NCBI GenBank assembly: GCA_036508045.1
Contig: DATCIB010000155.1
Span: 1-27,226, forward strand
DNA: 27,226 bases
DNA from: Bacteroidales bacterium
Lineage (GTDB): Bacteria; Bacteroidota; Bacteroidia; Bacteroidales; JAQUTK01
Direction: 5' to 3'
Part shown: piece by piece, positions 19,990-27,226 of the stretch
Layout of the letters: each line of letters starts with the position of its first letter
How positions within the stretch are numbered: position 1 is the first letter of the stretch
Position numbers and translations under genes: made by a program
The notes under the pieces: generated by a model
What the model saw: the letters and a program-made list of their open reading frames with translations, nothing else
The model's database searches: none
Told to the model about the DNA's origin: nothing

Positions 19990-21231
19990 TTATAAATTCA
20001 AAGATGAAATAATTGTCTCCGTAGCTCCGAGATTTGCTTTTACATAGTTAGAGGAAGCGTTGCCATCATTTCTGATTGCACCTTCCTCTGTTGTATATCG
20101 GTCGAGTAATCCAGATAGTTCCCCATAGTTCTGGATACTATGCCCACCTCCCATTGCCATCAATTCTTTCGCCTCACGAAACTTATCATGGTTTGGCCCA
20201 AAAATAACAGGAACTCCATAGACTGCAGCTTCAATAATGTTATGTATCCCAACGCCGAAGCCGCCACCGATATATGCAACCTGACCATAGCGATAGATAG
20301 AAGAGAGCACTCCAAAACAATCAACAATGAGACAATCCGCATGTACAATCTCTTCTTCGTTACATGTGGTATAGCGTGCAAAAGGGCGTGTCAGTTTGGA
20401 TATAATCAGAGAGAGATGTTCTTCATGGATCTCGTGGGGAGCAATAATCAGCCGCATCTCCGGATGGCTATTAAAATACTCAATCAGGAGATCTTCATCT
20501 TTTGGCCAGCTACTACCGGCCACCAACGTAAATCCATTCTCTTTTTCAGAGAGTCTCCTTTGAACAAAGGCTTCCACTAAAGGAAGAGATTTGGATTGTT
20601 GCATGATTGCTTTCACTCTGTCAAAACGAGTATCACCCACGATAGTCACATTATCGATCATACCCAATCCGGCAAGTAGCTCCTTTGAACGCTTGTCCTG
20701 AACAAAGAAATGCGTGACCTGAGTCAGCATTCTCCTGGCAATCAGTCCATAATTTTTGAAGAATATCTGTCCCGGACGAAAAATAGATGAGACGCTATAC
20801 AACTGAATCCCCAGTATCTTCATATACAAAAAATAGTTGGGCCAGAACTCATATTTGATGAAAAGAGCCTTCTCAGGACGAACTAAAAGGAAGAAGCGAA
20901 GCACATTGAGCAAGGTGTCAAAGGGCAGATAGCATATAATATCAGCTTTGGCATAGTCTTTACGTACCTCATAACCGGAAGGAGAAAAAAAGGTCAGTAA
21001 GATCTTATATTCCGGATGTTCCGCCTTAATCTTCTCAATCAAAGGACGTCCTTGCTCAAACTCGCCCAAGGAGGCGGCATGCACCCAGATATAACGATCT
21101 TCCCTTTTTACCTTCGATTTCAAGATCCCCCATGTGGCATGCTGTCCTTTAATCATCAGTCTGGCCTTTTTGTTAAAAAGCGATGCAAACCGAATAGTAA
21201 GGCCATATAATATAATACCGAAATTATACAT
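19990..21231 (-). CDS. waaA: 3-deoxy-D-manno-octulosonic acid (Kdo) transferase
   Basis: 413 aa; IWVHAASLGEF, LTFFSPSG, YLPFD, GDTRFD, AGSSW, PHE, GVLSSIY, GIHNIIEAA motifs of GT30. Confidence 0.95.
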   Translation of the reverse strand: MYNFGIILYGLTIRFASLFNKKARLMIKGQHATWGILKSKVKREDRYIWVHAASLGEFEQGRPLIEKIKAEHPEYKILLTFFSPSGYEVRKDYAKADIICYLPFDTLLNVLRFFLLVRPEKALFIKYEFWPNYFLYMKILGIQLYSVSSIFRPGQIFFKNYGLIARRMLTQVTHFFVQDKRSKELLAGLGMIDNVTIVGDTRFDRVKAIMQQSKSLPLVEAFVQRRLSEKENGFTLVAGSSWPKDEDLLIEYFNSHPEMRLIIAPHEIHEEHLSLIISKLTRPFARYTTCNEEEIVHADCLIVDCFGVLSSIYRYGQVAYIGGGFGVGIHNIIEAAVYGVPVIFGPNHDKFREAKELMAMGGGHSIQNYGELSGLLDRYTTEEGAIRNDGNASSNYVKANLGATETIISSLNL

Positions 21232-21245
21232 GATATTTGATTTAT

Positions 21246-22307
21246 TTAGAGCCGGTCTAAAAAGTGTCTCTTGTTATGAATCTTGTAGTTATCTAGCTGA
21301 ACCCGGAGAATAAGCTTCTGTTGCCAGCTAACTTTGCCTCCTTCCAAATGAAACGTCGCCCCAATATTACACTGAGCAAATCGATTGCTTATCAGTTTGT
21401 AGTAAATATCAGTCCGGCTGTAGCTTGTGGAACGGTAAAAGGCATCATTCCAGTAATACGCTCCCGCGCCCAAGTCGCCAAAACGTTGCTGACTATCTCC
21501 CAAATAAAGTGTCTCTTCTAAGAGAACATGTTTCCATGCCATGCGAAACTCAGCCAGCATTCCTACTGGAAGTTGCCAATCCCCGATTCCCCGATTACGT
21601 TCCAAACCGGCAAGTGGCCCGACTTGAAACAGCAATGAATCCAAAGAAGTCTTTTTGGACAAGTCTACGCCAATAAAGACATTGGATATGCCATAATCCT
21701 GAATTGACATGTTCGCCGGCGCGTCTTTGACTTTCGCATAGTGATAGTAATAGCCACGCATGCCTCCAAACAACAACTTATAGTTATACTTTGCAGCCCC
21801 TCCTGCCATAAACTGCTCTCTTTGAGTGGTTGTCTGACGAGAAGTCCAATCCAGAAACAGTTCGAAGTAATCATGCGGGTTACCCCACTGAAAAGTAAAA
21901 CCTTGCATATTGGGACGATAATAGCGGATAGAATCAGAGAAAAACGCATTCGAATACTCACCGCGCAACTGATCTCGGGAGAATGAGCCCAATGAAAATC
22001 TGAAGGATGGAAGGGAATATTGATAATAGGCGGTAACTAAACCTTTCTGAAAAAGATCGGGTGCTCCCCACTCCAACAAACCTCCTATTCCAATGTTTAA
22101 AGATTGCTTCTTATCCAACTGCCAGCCGAGATGTGGTTGAATCCACATTCCTGCCATTGTCTGGGAAATCCGATTGTTACTTTTATATTCCTGATTATCA
22201 AAGAAACCAAAAGTACTGATACCCCACTCTGTTTTTTGGGGGAAAGCTCTCAATGAGAATCCAAATGTGAGAGCAATCAATACTCCTGTAATTAACTTTA
22301 TCTTCAT
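21246..22307 (-). CDS. Uncharacterised exported protein, probable outer-membrane beta-barrel
   Basis: 353 aa; signal peptide [21 protein letters not shown]; rich in aromatic residues and Gly with alternating hydrophobic strands; ATGA overlap with the gltX stop. The CDS is solid, the product is inferred. Confidence 0.75.
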   Translation of the reverse strand: MKIKLITGVLIALTFGFSLRAFPQKTEWGISTFGFFDNQEYKSNNRISQTMAGMWIQPHLGWQLDKKQSLNIGIGGLLEWGAPDLFQKGLVTAYYQYSLPSFRFSLGSFSRDQLRGEYSNAFFSDSIRYYRPNMQGFTFQWGNPHDYFELFLDWTSRQTTTQREQFMAGGAAKYNYKLLFGGMRGYYYHYAKVKDAPANMSIQDYGISNVFIGVDLSKKTSLDSLLFQVGPLAGLERNRGIGDWQLPVGMLAEFRMAWKHVLLEETLYLGDSQQRFGDLGAGAYYWNDAFYRSTSYSRTDIYYKLISNRFAQCNIGATFHLEGGKVSWQQKLILRVQLDNYKIHNKRHFLDRL

Positions 22308-23818
22308 CCAATAGTAGCGACAGCGCGCTCAATCCGTCTAATTGTTTCTTCTTTACCGAGAATGTCCGTTATCTCAAAGATATGGGGCCCCTTTCCTTCG
22401 CCGACTAAGGTTAGCCGAAAAGCATTCATTACATTACCCAAATGATACTCATTAGTGTTTATCCAATTCATAACAATTTCTTCTGTCTGTTGAATGGAAA
22501 AATCATCAATACCTTGTAATAGAGCAACCAGCTCTCTCATCTGAGCAGCAGTATCTTCTTTCCATCTTTTCTTAATCGTCTTTTCATCATAATCAACGGG
22601 GGCTACAAAAAAGAAAGCACACGAGTCCCACAAATCCTTTACGAAAGAGACACGATCTTTCATTAACGCAACCACTTTGACCACCTTCTCAAAGGGAGCC
22701 TCCACATTATGTGTAAGAAGTTCCGGCAACATCATCCGTGCAACTTCTTCGTTATCTTTCATCAGAAGGTATTTATGGTTGAACCATTTACCCTTCTCAT
22801 AATCAAAGCGAGCTCCATTCTTGCTGCACCGTTCCAGGGAGAAGAGTTTAATCAGTTCATCCAGGGAGAATAATTCTTCATCATTGCCCGGATTCCAACC
22901 CAGCAGCGCCAGGAAATTGACCACAGCTTCCGGGAAATAGCCGGCTTCACGATAGCCGGACGATAGATCTCCTGATTTCGGATCCTTCCAATTCAGTGGG
23001 AAAACGGGAAAGCCAAGACGGTCGCCATCGCGCTTGCTCAGTTTGCCATTTCCATCGGGTTTTAGCAACAAAGAGAGATGCGCAAACTGAGGCATGGTAT
23101 CCAACCAGCCAAAATATCTATAAAGCAGCACATGTAAGGGAGCAGAAGGAAGCCACTCTTCCCCACGTATGACATGGCTTATTTCCATCAAATGGTCATC
23201 TACGATATTCGCCAGGTGATATGTTGGCAATTCATCAGACGATTTATACAAGACTTTATCATCAAGCACAGAAGAATTAATCACCACTTTGCCACGTATC
23301 ATATCATTCACCTCAATATCTTCATTCGGCTCAACCTTTGCACGAACCACATATTGCTGTCCATTGGCAACAAGCAAATCAACCTCTTCCTTTGTAAGAG
23401 TCAAAGAATTACGCATCATCCCACGAGTAGAGGCATCATATTGAAAGTTTGCAACCTCAGCACGTTGAGCATCAAGTTCGGCAGGAGTGTCAAAAGCTAT
23501 GTATGCGTGTCCGCTTTCCAACAGCTGATCCACGTAAGTCCTGTAAATAGAGCGACGCTCCGATTGACGATAGGGTGCAAACCGGCCTCCTATGCCGACA
23601 CCTTCGTCAAATTTTATGCCCAACCATTCGAAGGATTCAATGATATATTCTTCCGCTCCGGGAACAAAGCGATTAGAGTCAGTGTCTTCTATCCGAAGAA
23701 TAAACTCACCACCCGATTGTTTCGCAAACAGATAATTATACAATGCGGTACGTACGCCGCCGATATGTAATGGTCCGGTAGGACTCGGAGCAAAACGAAC
23801 TCTGACTTTTCTTTCCAT
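22304..23818 (-). CDS. gltX: Glutamate--tRNA ligase
   Basis: [16 protein letters not shown] (HIGH) and KLSKR (KMSKS) motifs. Start trimmed to MERKVRVRF (504 aa) because the ORF-track start at 23845 lies inside the -7 box. Confidence 0.98.
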   Translation of the reverse strand: MERKVRVRFAPSPTGPLHIGGVRTALYNYLFAKQSGGEFILRIEDTDSNRFVPGAEEYIIESFEWLGIKFDEGVGIGGRFAPYRQSERRSIYRTYVDQLLESGHAYIAFDTPAELDAQRAEVANFQYDASTRGMMRNSLTLTKEEVDLLVANGQQYVVRAKVEPNEDIEVNDMIRGKVVINSSVLDDKVLYKSSDELPTYHLANIVDDHLMEISHVIRGEEWLPSAPLHVLLYRYFGWLDTMPQFAHLSLLLKPDGNGKLSKRDGDRLGFPVFPLNWKDPKSGDLSSGYREAGYFPEAVVNFLALLGWNPGNDEELFSLDELIKLFSLERCSKNGARFDYEKGKWFNHKYLLMKDNEEVARMMLPELLTHNVEAPFEKVVKVVALMKDRVSFVKDLWDSCAFFFVAPVDYDEKTIKKRWKEDTAAQMRELVALLQGIDDFSIQQTEEIVMNWINTNEYHLGNVMNAFRLTLVGEGKGPHIFEITDILGKEETIRRIERAVATIG

Positions 23819-23842
23819 TCTTAACAACTGAATTATAAGTCG

Positions 23843-23850
23843 CAAAAATA
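23843..23850 (-). promoter_or_regulatory. -7 box of the gltX operon promoter
   Basis: TATTTTTG(C), 25 nt upstream of the gltX ATG. Confidence 0.55.
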
Positions 23851-23959
23851 CTCTTTTTTTCCTCTACTATGAATGATTTTAAGAGATTCAATGATTTTTC
23901 GGAGAAAAAAGGGAGCTATATCTACATTATTTAGTACTTTTCGGCAATAAATAGTTCAC

Positions 23960-26041
23960 ATGGAACAAACGATACAGACAAATACAGGGAGAAGAAGAAA
24001 TAAAATCATCAAAAGGATTGTTCTTTTTGTCAGTTCAGCAATTTTGATTGCTTACTTCTTCCCTCGGGATACTCAGTTCAGGTACACCTTCTCTGAAGGG
24101 AAGCCTTGGAAATATGAGTTTCTTACTGCTCCTTTCGATTTCCCTATTTATAAGTCCGAGGAGGTCTTGAGGCATGAGAAAGACAGCATAACAACTAGTT
24201 TCTCCCCATATTTTCAGGTAAAGACGCAGGTACCAAACGAAAATCTCGAGAAATTGCGTACAGACTATTCAACCTCTCTACATAAGACAATACCGGCCTC
24301 CTATTTTAATTATATTGAGAACAAACTGACTGAAATATACTCAAAAGGGGTTATTCATGCCACAACTTCAGATTCTCTGATCCGATCCGGGAAAAAACTT
24401 GTTCGTCTCGCAGAGAATAATATATACAAGAGCCATACTATCATTCAGCTATACACGCCAATCTCAGCGTATGAGGCAATTCTGAATGAAGCACCCGGCA
24501 GTCTTGATAAAGAGCTTCTCAAGTCGTGTAATCTGAATAATTACATCCACGAGAATCTGCTTTTTGACAGCAAGACCTCAGAGAAAATGCTCCAAGCAAT
24601 GTTGGCGCGTATTTCCTTAGCCAGCGGACTGGTGCAATCGGGCGAACGCATCGTTGATAAAGGTGAAATCATCAGCCCGACAACCTATTCTATCTTGCGC
24701 TCGTTAAAGCTTGTCTCCGATTCGCAAAAGAGTTCGAAGACTCACCTCAACATTGTGTTTATCGGACAGTTGTTTATCATCGGATTAATGTTGTTTTCTC
24801 TGTATCTGTTTCTGCTCCTATTTCGCATAGAGTTATTCCGAAGCGTACGGGATATCACTTTTATTCTGATGCTGGTTGTCGCGTTAATCGTGTTTACCTG
24901 CATTGCGGTATCCACTAAATTTATGACGGTCTATCTGATACCTTTTTCTATTTTGCCGATTATCCTTTGTACGTTTTTCGACTCGCGCACGGCACTCTTC
25001 ACACATGTGGTTACGGTAATGATTGCTTCATTTATCACACCTTTCCCCTTTGAGTTTCTGACCATGCAGATTGCTGCCGGAATGGCTGCCGTATTCAGTC
25101 TGCGCGACTTGACCCAGCGTTCGCAACTAGTCTCCTCCGCACTCTACATCTTTCTTACATACTGCCTTATATACACCGGAGTCGCCTTGATTCAGGAAGG
25201 CGATTGGTCTAAAATCAATGTCAATATGTATGGTGCTCTGGGCATCAATTCTGCGCTTATCATGTTTGCTTACGTTTTGATATATATATTTGAGCGTACT
25301 TTTGGATATCTCTCTACGGTAACGCTTATTGAATTGCAAAATGTCAACAACCCGGCTTTACGCAAACTATCGGAAGAATGTCCGGGTACTTTCCAACACT
25401 CCTTGCAAGTAGGAACACTGGCTTATGAAGCTGCACGACATATCAATGCAAATGCACAGATGGTGCGCACAGGAGCTTTTTATCACGATATAGGGAAGAT
25501 GAAGAATCCGGCTTTCTTCGCCGAGAATCAAGTTGGGATTAACCCTCACAACGAACTGGCATTCGATGAAAGTGCTCAAATCATAATCAGCCATGTGGCT
25601 GACGGTGTCAAACTGGCTGAAAAATACAATCTGCCACTCCCTTTGGTGGCTTTTATACGGACACACCATGGAGCAAACAAAGTTCGCTTCTTCTATAACT
25701 CGTTTAAGAATCAATATCCGGATAAAGAAATCGACGAATCGGTATTTACATATCCCGGTCCCATTCCTTTCTCTAAGGAGACAGCGATCCTAATGATGGC
25801 CGACGCAGTAGAAGCAACTTCCCGGAGTCTGCAAGAATACACGGATGAGTCTATCTCTACTCTGATTGAGAATACCATTGACACACAGATAGCAGAAGGT
25901 GCATTTAAAAACTCTCCGATCACATTTAAGGATGTGGAACGCGTAAAGAGTGTGTTCAAGAAACGTCTGAAGATCATCTATCATACTCGCATCAAGTATC
26001 CGGAGCTAAAAGACATGCGGATTATCTCACCCAAATCATAA
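23960..26041 (+). CDS. 7TM-HD (HDIG) membrane phosphohydrolase, PgpH-like putative cyclic-di-AMP phosphodiesterase
   Basis: 693 aa; N-terminal TM, large extracytoplasmic domain, about 7 TM helices, HD domain with FQHS, YHDIGK, SHV, THHG, MADAVEA. The substrate is inferred from family architecture. Confidence 0.85.
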   Translation: MEQTIQTNTGRRRNKIIKRIVLFVSSAILIAYFFPRDTQFRYTFSEGKPWKYEFLTAPFDFPIYKSEEVLRHEKDSITTSFSPYFQVKTQVPNENLEKLRTDYSTSLHKTIPASYFNYIENKLTEIYSKGVIHATTSDSLIRSGKKLVRLAENNIYKSHTIIQLYTPISAYEAILNEAPGSLDKELLKSCNLNNYIHENLLFDSKTSEKMLQAMLARISLASGLVQSGERIVDKGEIISPTTYSILRSLKLVSDSQKSSKTHLNIVFIGQLFIIGLMLFSLYLFLLLFRIELFRSVRDITFILMLVVALIVFTCIAVSTKFMTVYLIPFSILPIILCTFFDSRTALFTHVVTVMIASFITPFPFEFLTMQIAAGMAAVFSLRDLTQRSQLVSSALYIFLTYCLIYTGVALIQEGDWSKINVNMYGALGINSALIMFAYVLIYIFERTFGYLSTVTLIELQNVNNPALRKLSEECPGTFQHSLQVGTLAYEAARHINANAQMVRTGAFYHDIGKMKNPAFFAENQVGINPHNELAFDESAQIIISHVADGVKLAEKYNLPLPLVAFIRTHHGANKVRFFYNSFKNQYPDKEIDESVFTYPGPIPFSKETAILMMADAVEATSRSLQEYTDESISTLIENTIDTQIAEGAFKNSPITFKDVERVKSVFKKRLKIIYHTRIKYPELKDMRIISPKS

Positions 26042-26063
26042 CTCACAGCGCATTTGATTGCTG

Positions 26064-26133
26064 CCTCGTTTCGCTGCAGGTAAAATGCCGTTTCCCTGCA
26101 GCACAAGTCTCGTTTCGCTGCAGCGAAACGAGG
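26064..26133. repeat. Three 22-nt-period GTTTC(G/C)CTGCAG units with 16-bp terminal inverted repeats
   Basis: Units start at 26068, 26090 and 26112. CCTCGTTTCGCTGCAG (26064-26079) is the exact reverse complement of 26118-26133; 26109-26132 is a perfect 24-bp palindrome. Confidence 0.85.
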
Positions 26134-26134
26134 A

Positions 26135-26199
26135 AAATATCTTGACGTCTTTGTTCACGCATCAGTATCGCTGAACAAAGTCTTCAGGACGAAATATTT
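26135..26199. repeat. Long imperfect hairpin
   Basis: CTTTGTTCA (26149-26157) pairs with TGAACAAAG (26172-26180); outer pairings CTTGA/TCAGG and AAATAT/ATATTT. Confidence 0.55.
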
Positions 26200-26231
26200 G
26201 TGACGTGCGGGTAGCGTTTTTGCTAAGAAGG

Positions 26232-26327
26232 GGAGATTGCGGGTCAGGCCCGCAATGACGTGTGGGGAAGGTTGCAGGAGATTGCGGGTCAGGCCCGCAA
26301 TGACGTCCAAAAAGCCCGCAATGACGT
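26232..26327 (-). repeat. CGTC-tagged REP-like palindromic repeats (two full copies and one half copy)
   Basis: Identical 30-mers GGAGATTGCGGGTCAGGCCCGCAATGACGT at 26232-26261 and 26277-26306, half copy GCCCGCAATGACGT at 26314-26327. On the minus strand each full copy reads CGTC-ATTGCGGG-CCTGA-CCCGCAAT-CTCC. Confidence 0.85.
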
Positions 26328-26348
26328 GCGAGAGAGGTGCATTGCCGT

Positions 26349-26837
26349 TTAGGCTTTGCGAAGTTGGTCTAAAAGGCCGCCACAGGCATCTTCCAACAGA
26401 TCCAGTACTGTCTCAAAGCCGGAATGTCCGCCGTAATACGGATCGGGAACATGATCCATCTGCATCCGCCGGCAATAGTCCGTCATCCGATGGATCTTTT
26501 TCGCTTCTTCCACTCCGGGAGCACGCACTAGTAGTTCGTCGATATTTGCATCATCCATGCCAATAATAAAGTCAAAGGAATAAAAGTCACTGGTAGTGAT
26601 CGGACGGGAGCGTGAGGTCAGCTCATATCCGCGCTTTCTCGCATGCATCCGCATGCGCTCATCTGGCAGCGATCCCTGATGATAACTCAATAAACCGGCT
26701 GAGTCTATTTCCAACCTTCTTTCCATTCCGGCTTGCTCAACCAATGATTTCATGATTGCTTCTGCAGATGGAGAGCGGCAGATATTTCCGAGACATACAA
26801 AGAGTATCTTTACCGGTTTCTTTTCTATATTATTCAT
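26349..26837 (-). CDS. Low-molecular-weight protein-tyrosine phosphatase
   Basis: 162 aa; P-loop VCLGNICRS, IDSAG, DPYYG. Confidence 0.96.
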   Translation of the reverse strand: MNNIEKKPVKILFVCLGNICRSPSAEAIMKSLVEQAGMERRLEIDSAGLLSYHQGSLPDERMRMHARKRGYELTSRSRPITTSDFYSFDFIIGMDDANIDELLVRAPGVEEAKKIHRMTDYCRRMQMDHVPDPYYGGHSGFETVLDLLEDACGGLLDQLRKA

Positions 26838-26857
26838 ACAATTCGTTCAATAGTGCT

Positions 26858-26865
26858 CAAAAGTA
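26858..26865 (-). promoter_or_regulatory. Putative -7 box for the phosphatase gene
   Basis: TACTTTTG, 21 nt upstream of the ATG. Confidence 0.45.
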
Positions 26866-26974
26866 TAAAATAAATCATTGTCTGAACCGTTTCATTGGTT
26901 AAAGAGAGGTAATCTTTGGGCGGAATGACCGGCGAAGAGCTATTTTATACTTCTTTCTTACAACGCTTACAGAT

Positions 26975-27226
26975 ATGATCTCTATCTTGATCCCTACTTA
27001 TAAACAGGACTGCTATCCTCTCGTGAAAGAACTTCACCGGCAGGCTACTGCTCTCGATGTGCTTTTTGAGATTCTCGTTGCGGATGATGCTTCACCCGAA
27101 CCGCACAGGATTGCAAACCGACAGATCAATTCTTTGGAGCATTGTCGTTTCATCGAACTGAAAGAGAATCTTGGTAGTGGCAGGATCCGTAACTTTCTCG
27201 GACGGGAGGCACAATATCCTCTCCTC
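26975..27226 (+). CDS. Glycosyltransferase family 2, partial (N-terminal 84 aa)
   Basis: Translated by hand: MISILIPTYKQDCYPLVKELHRQ...EILVADDAS...ENLGSGRIRNFLGREAQYPLL, the GT2 N-terminal pattern; absent from the ORF track. Confidence 0.88.
   Translation, partial: MISILIPTYKQDCYPLVKELHRQATALDVLFEILVADDASPEPHRIANRQINSLEHCRFIELKENLGSGRIRNFLGREAQYPLL

Noticed and set aside
23174-23770. 198-aa antisense ORF over gltX (also 20140-20580 over waaA)
   Set aside because: Antisense shadow ORFs with no domain signature.
26064-26327. CRISPR array
   Set aside because: Only 2-3 units, spacers of 7-15 nt (too short), mixed repeat types, no leader and no cas genes.
26237-26566. 109-aa ORF with repeated RVRPAMT
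   Set aside because: It is the translation of the REP copies plus the antisense of the phosphatase gene, with a non-ATG start.

Overview
This is mostly a conserved housekeeping region of a Bacteroidales (Bacteroidota) chromosome. The minus strand carries rpsU-xerC-hpf, then tRNA-Thr/Tyr/Gly/Thr-tuf-tRNA-Trp-secE-nusG-rplKAJL-rpoBC, converging on tRNA-Ser(CGA). At the left edge is a truncated fasciclin-domain lipoprotein that the ORF track misses. To the right are an aminopeptidase P / redoxin / gamma-carbonic-anhydrase-family operon, a gltX-unknown-waaA operon, a PgpH-like 7TM-HD phosphohydrolase, a low-molecular-weight tyrosine phosphatase and the start of a GT2 glycosyltransferase. I see no mobile element, CRISPR array or defence system, and no clearly new multi-gene system. 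The most interesting signals are small: (1) a mosaic of palindromic REP-like repeats between the HD gene and the phosphatase; (2) canonical Shine-Dalgarno motifs on hpf and nusG in a lineage that generally does not use them; (3) a compensated A19-U56 elbow pair in tRNA-Gly; (4) an uncharacterised probable outer-membrane beta-barrel gene coupled between gltX and waaA; (5) unusually long perfect hairpins. All calls were made by eye, with no database searches.
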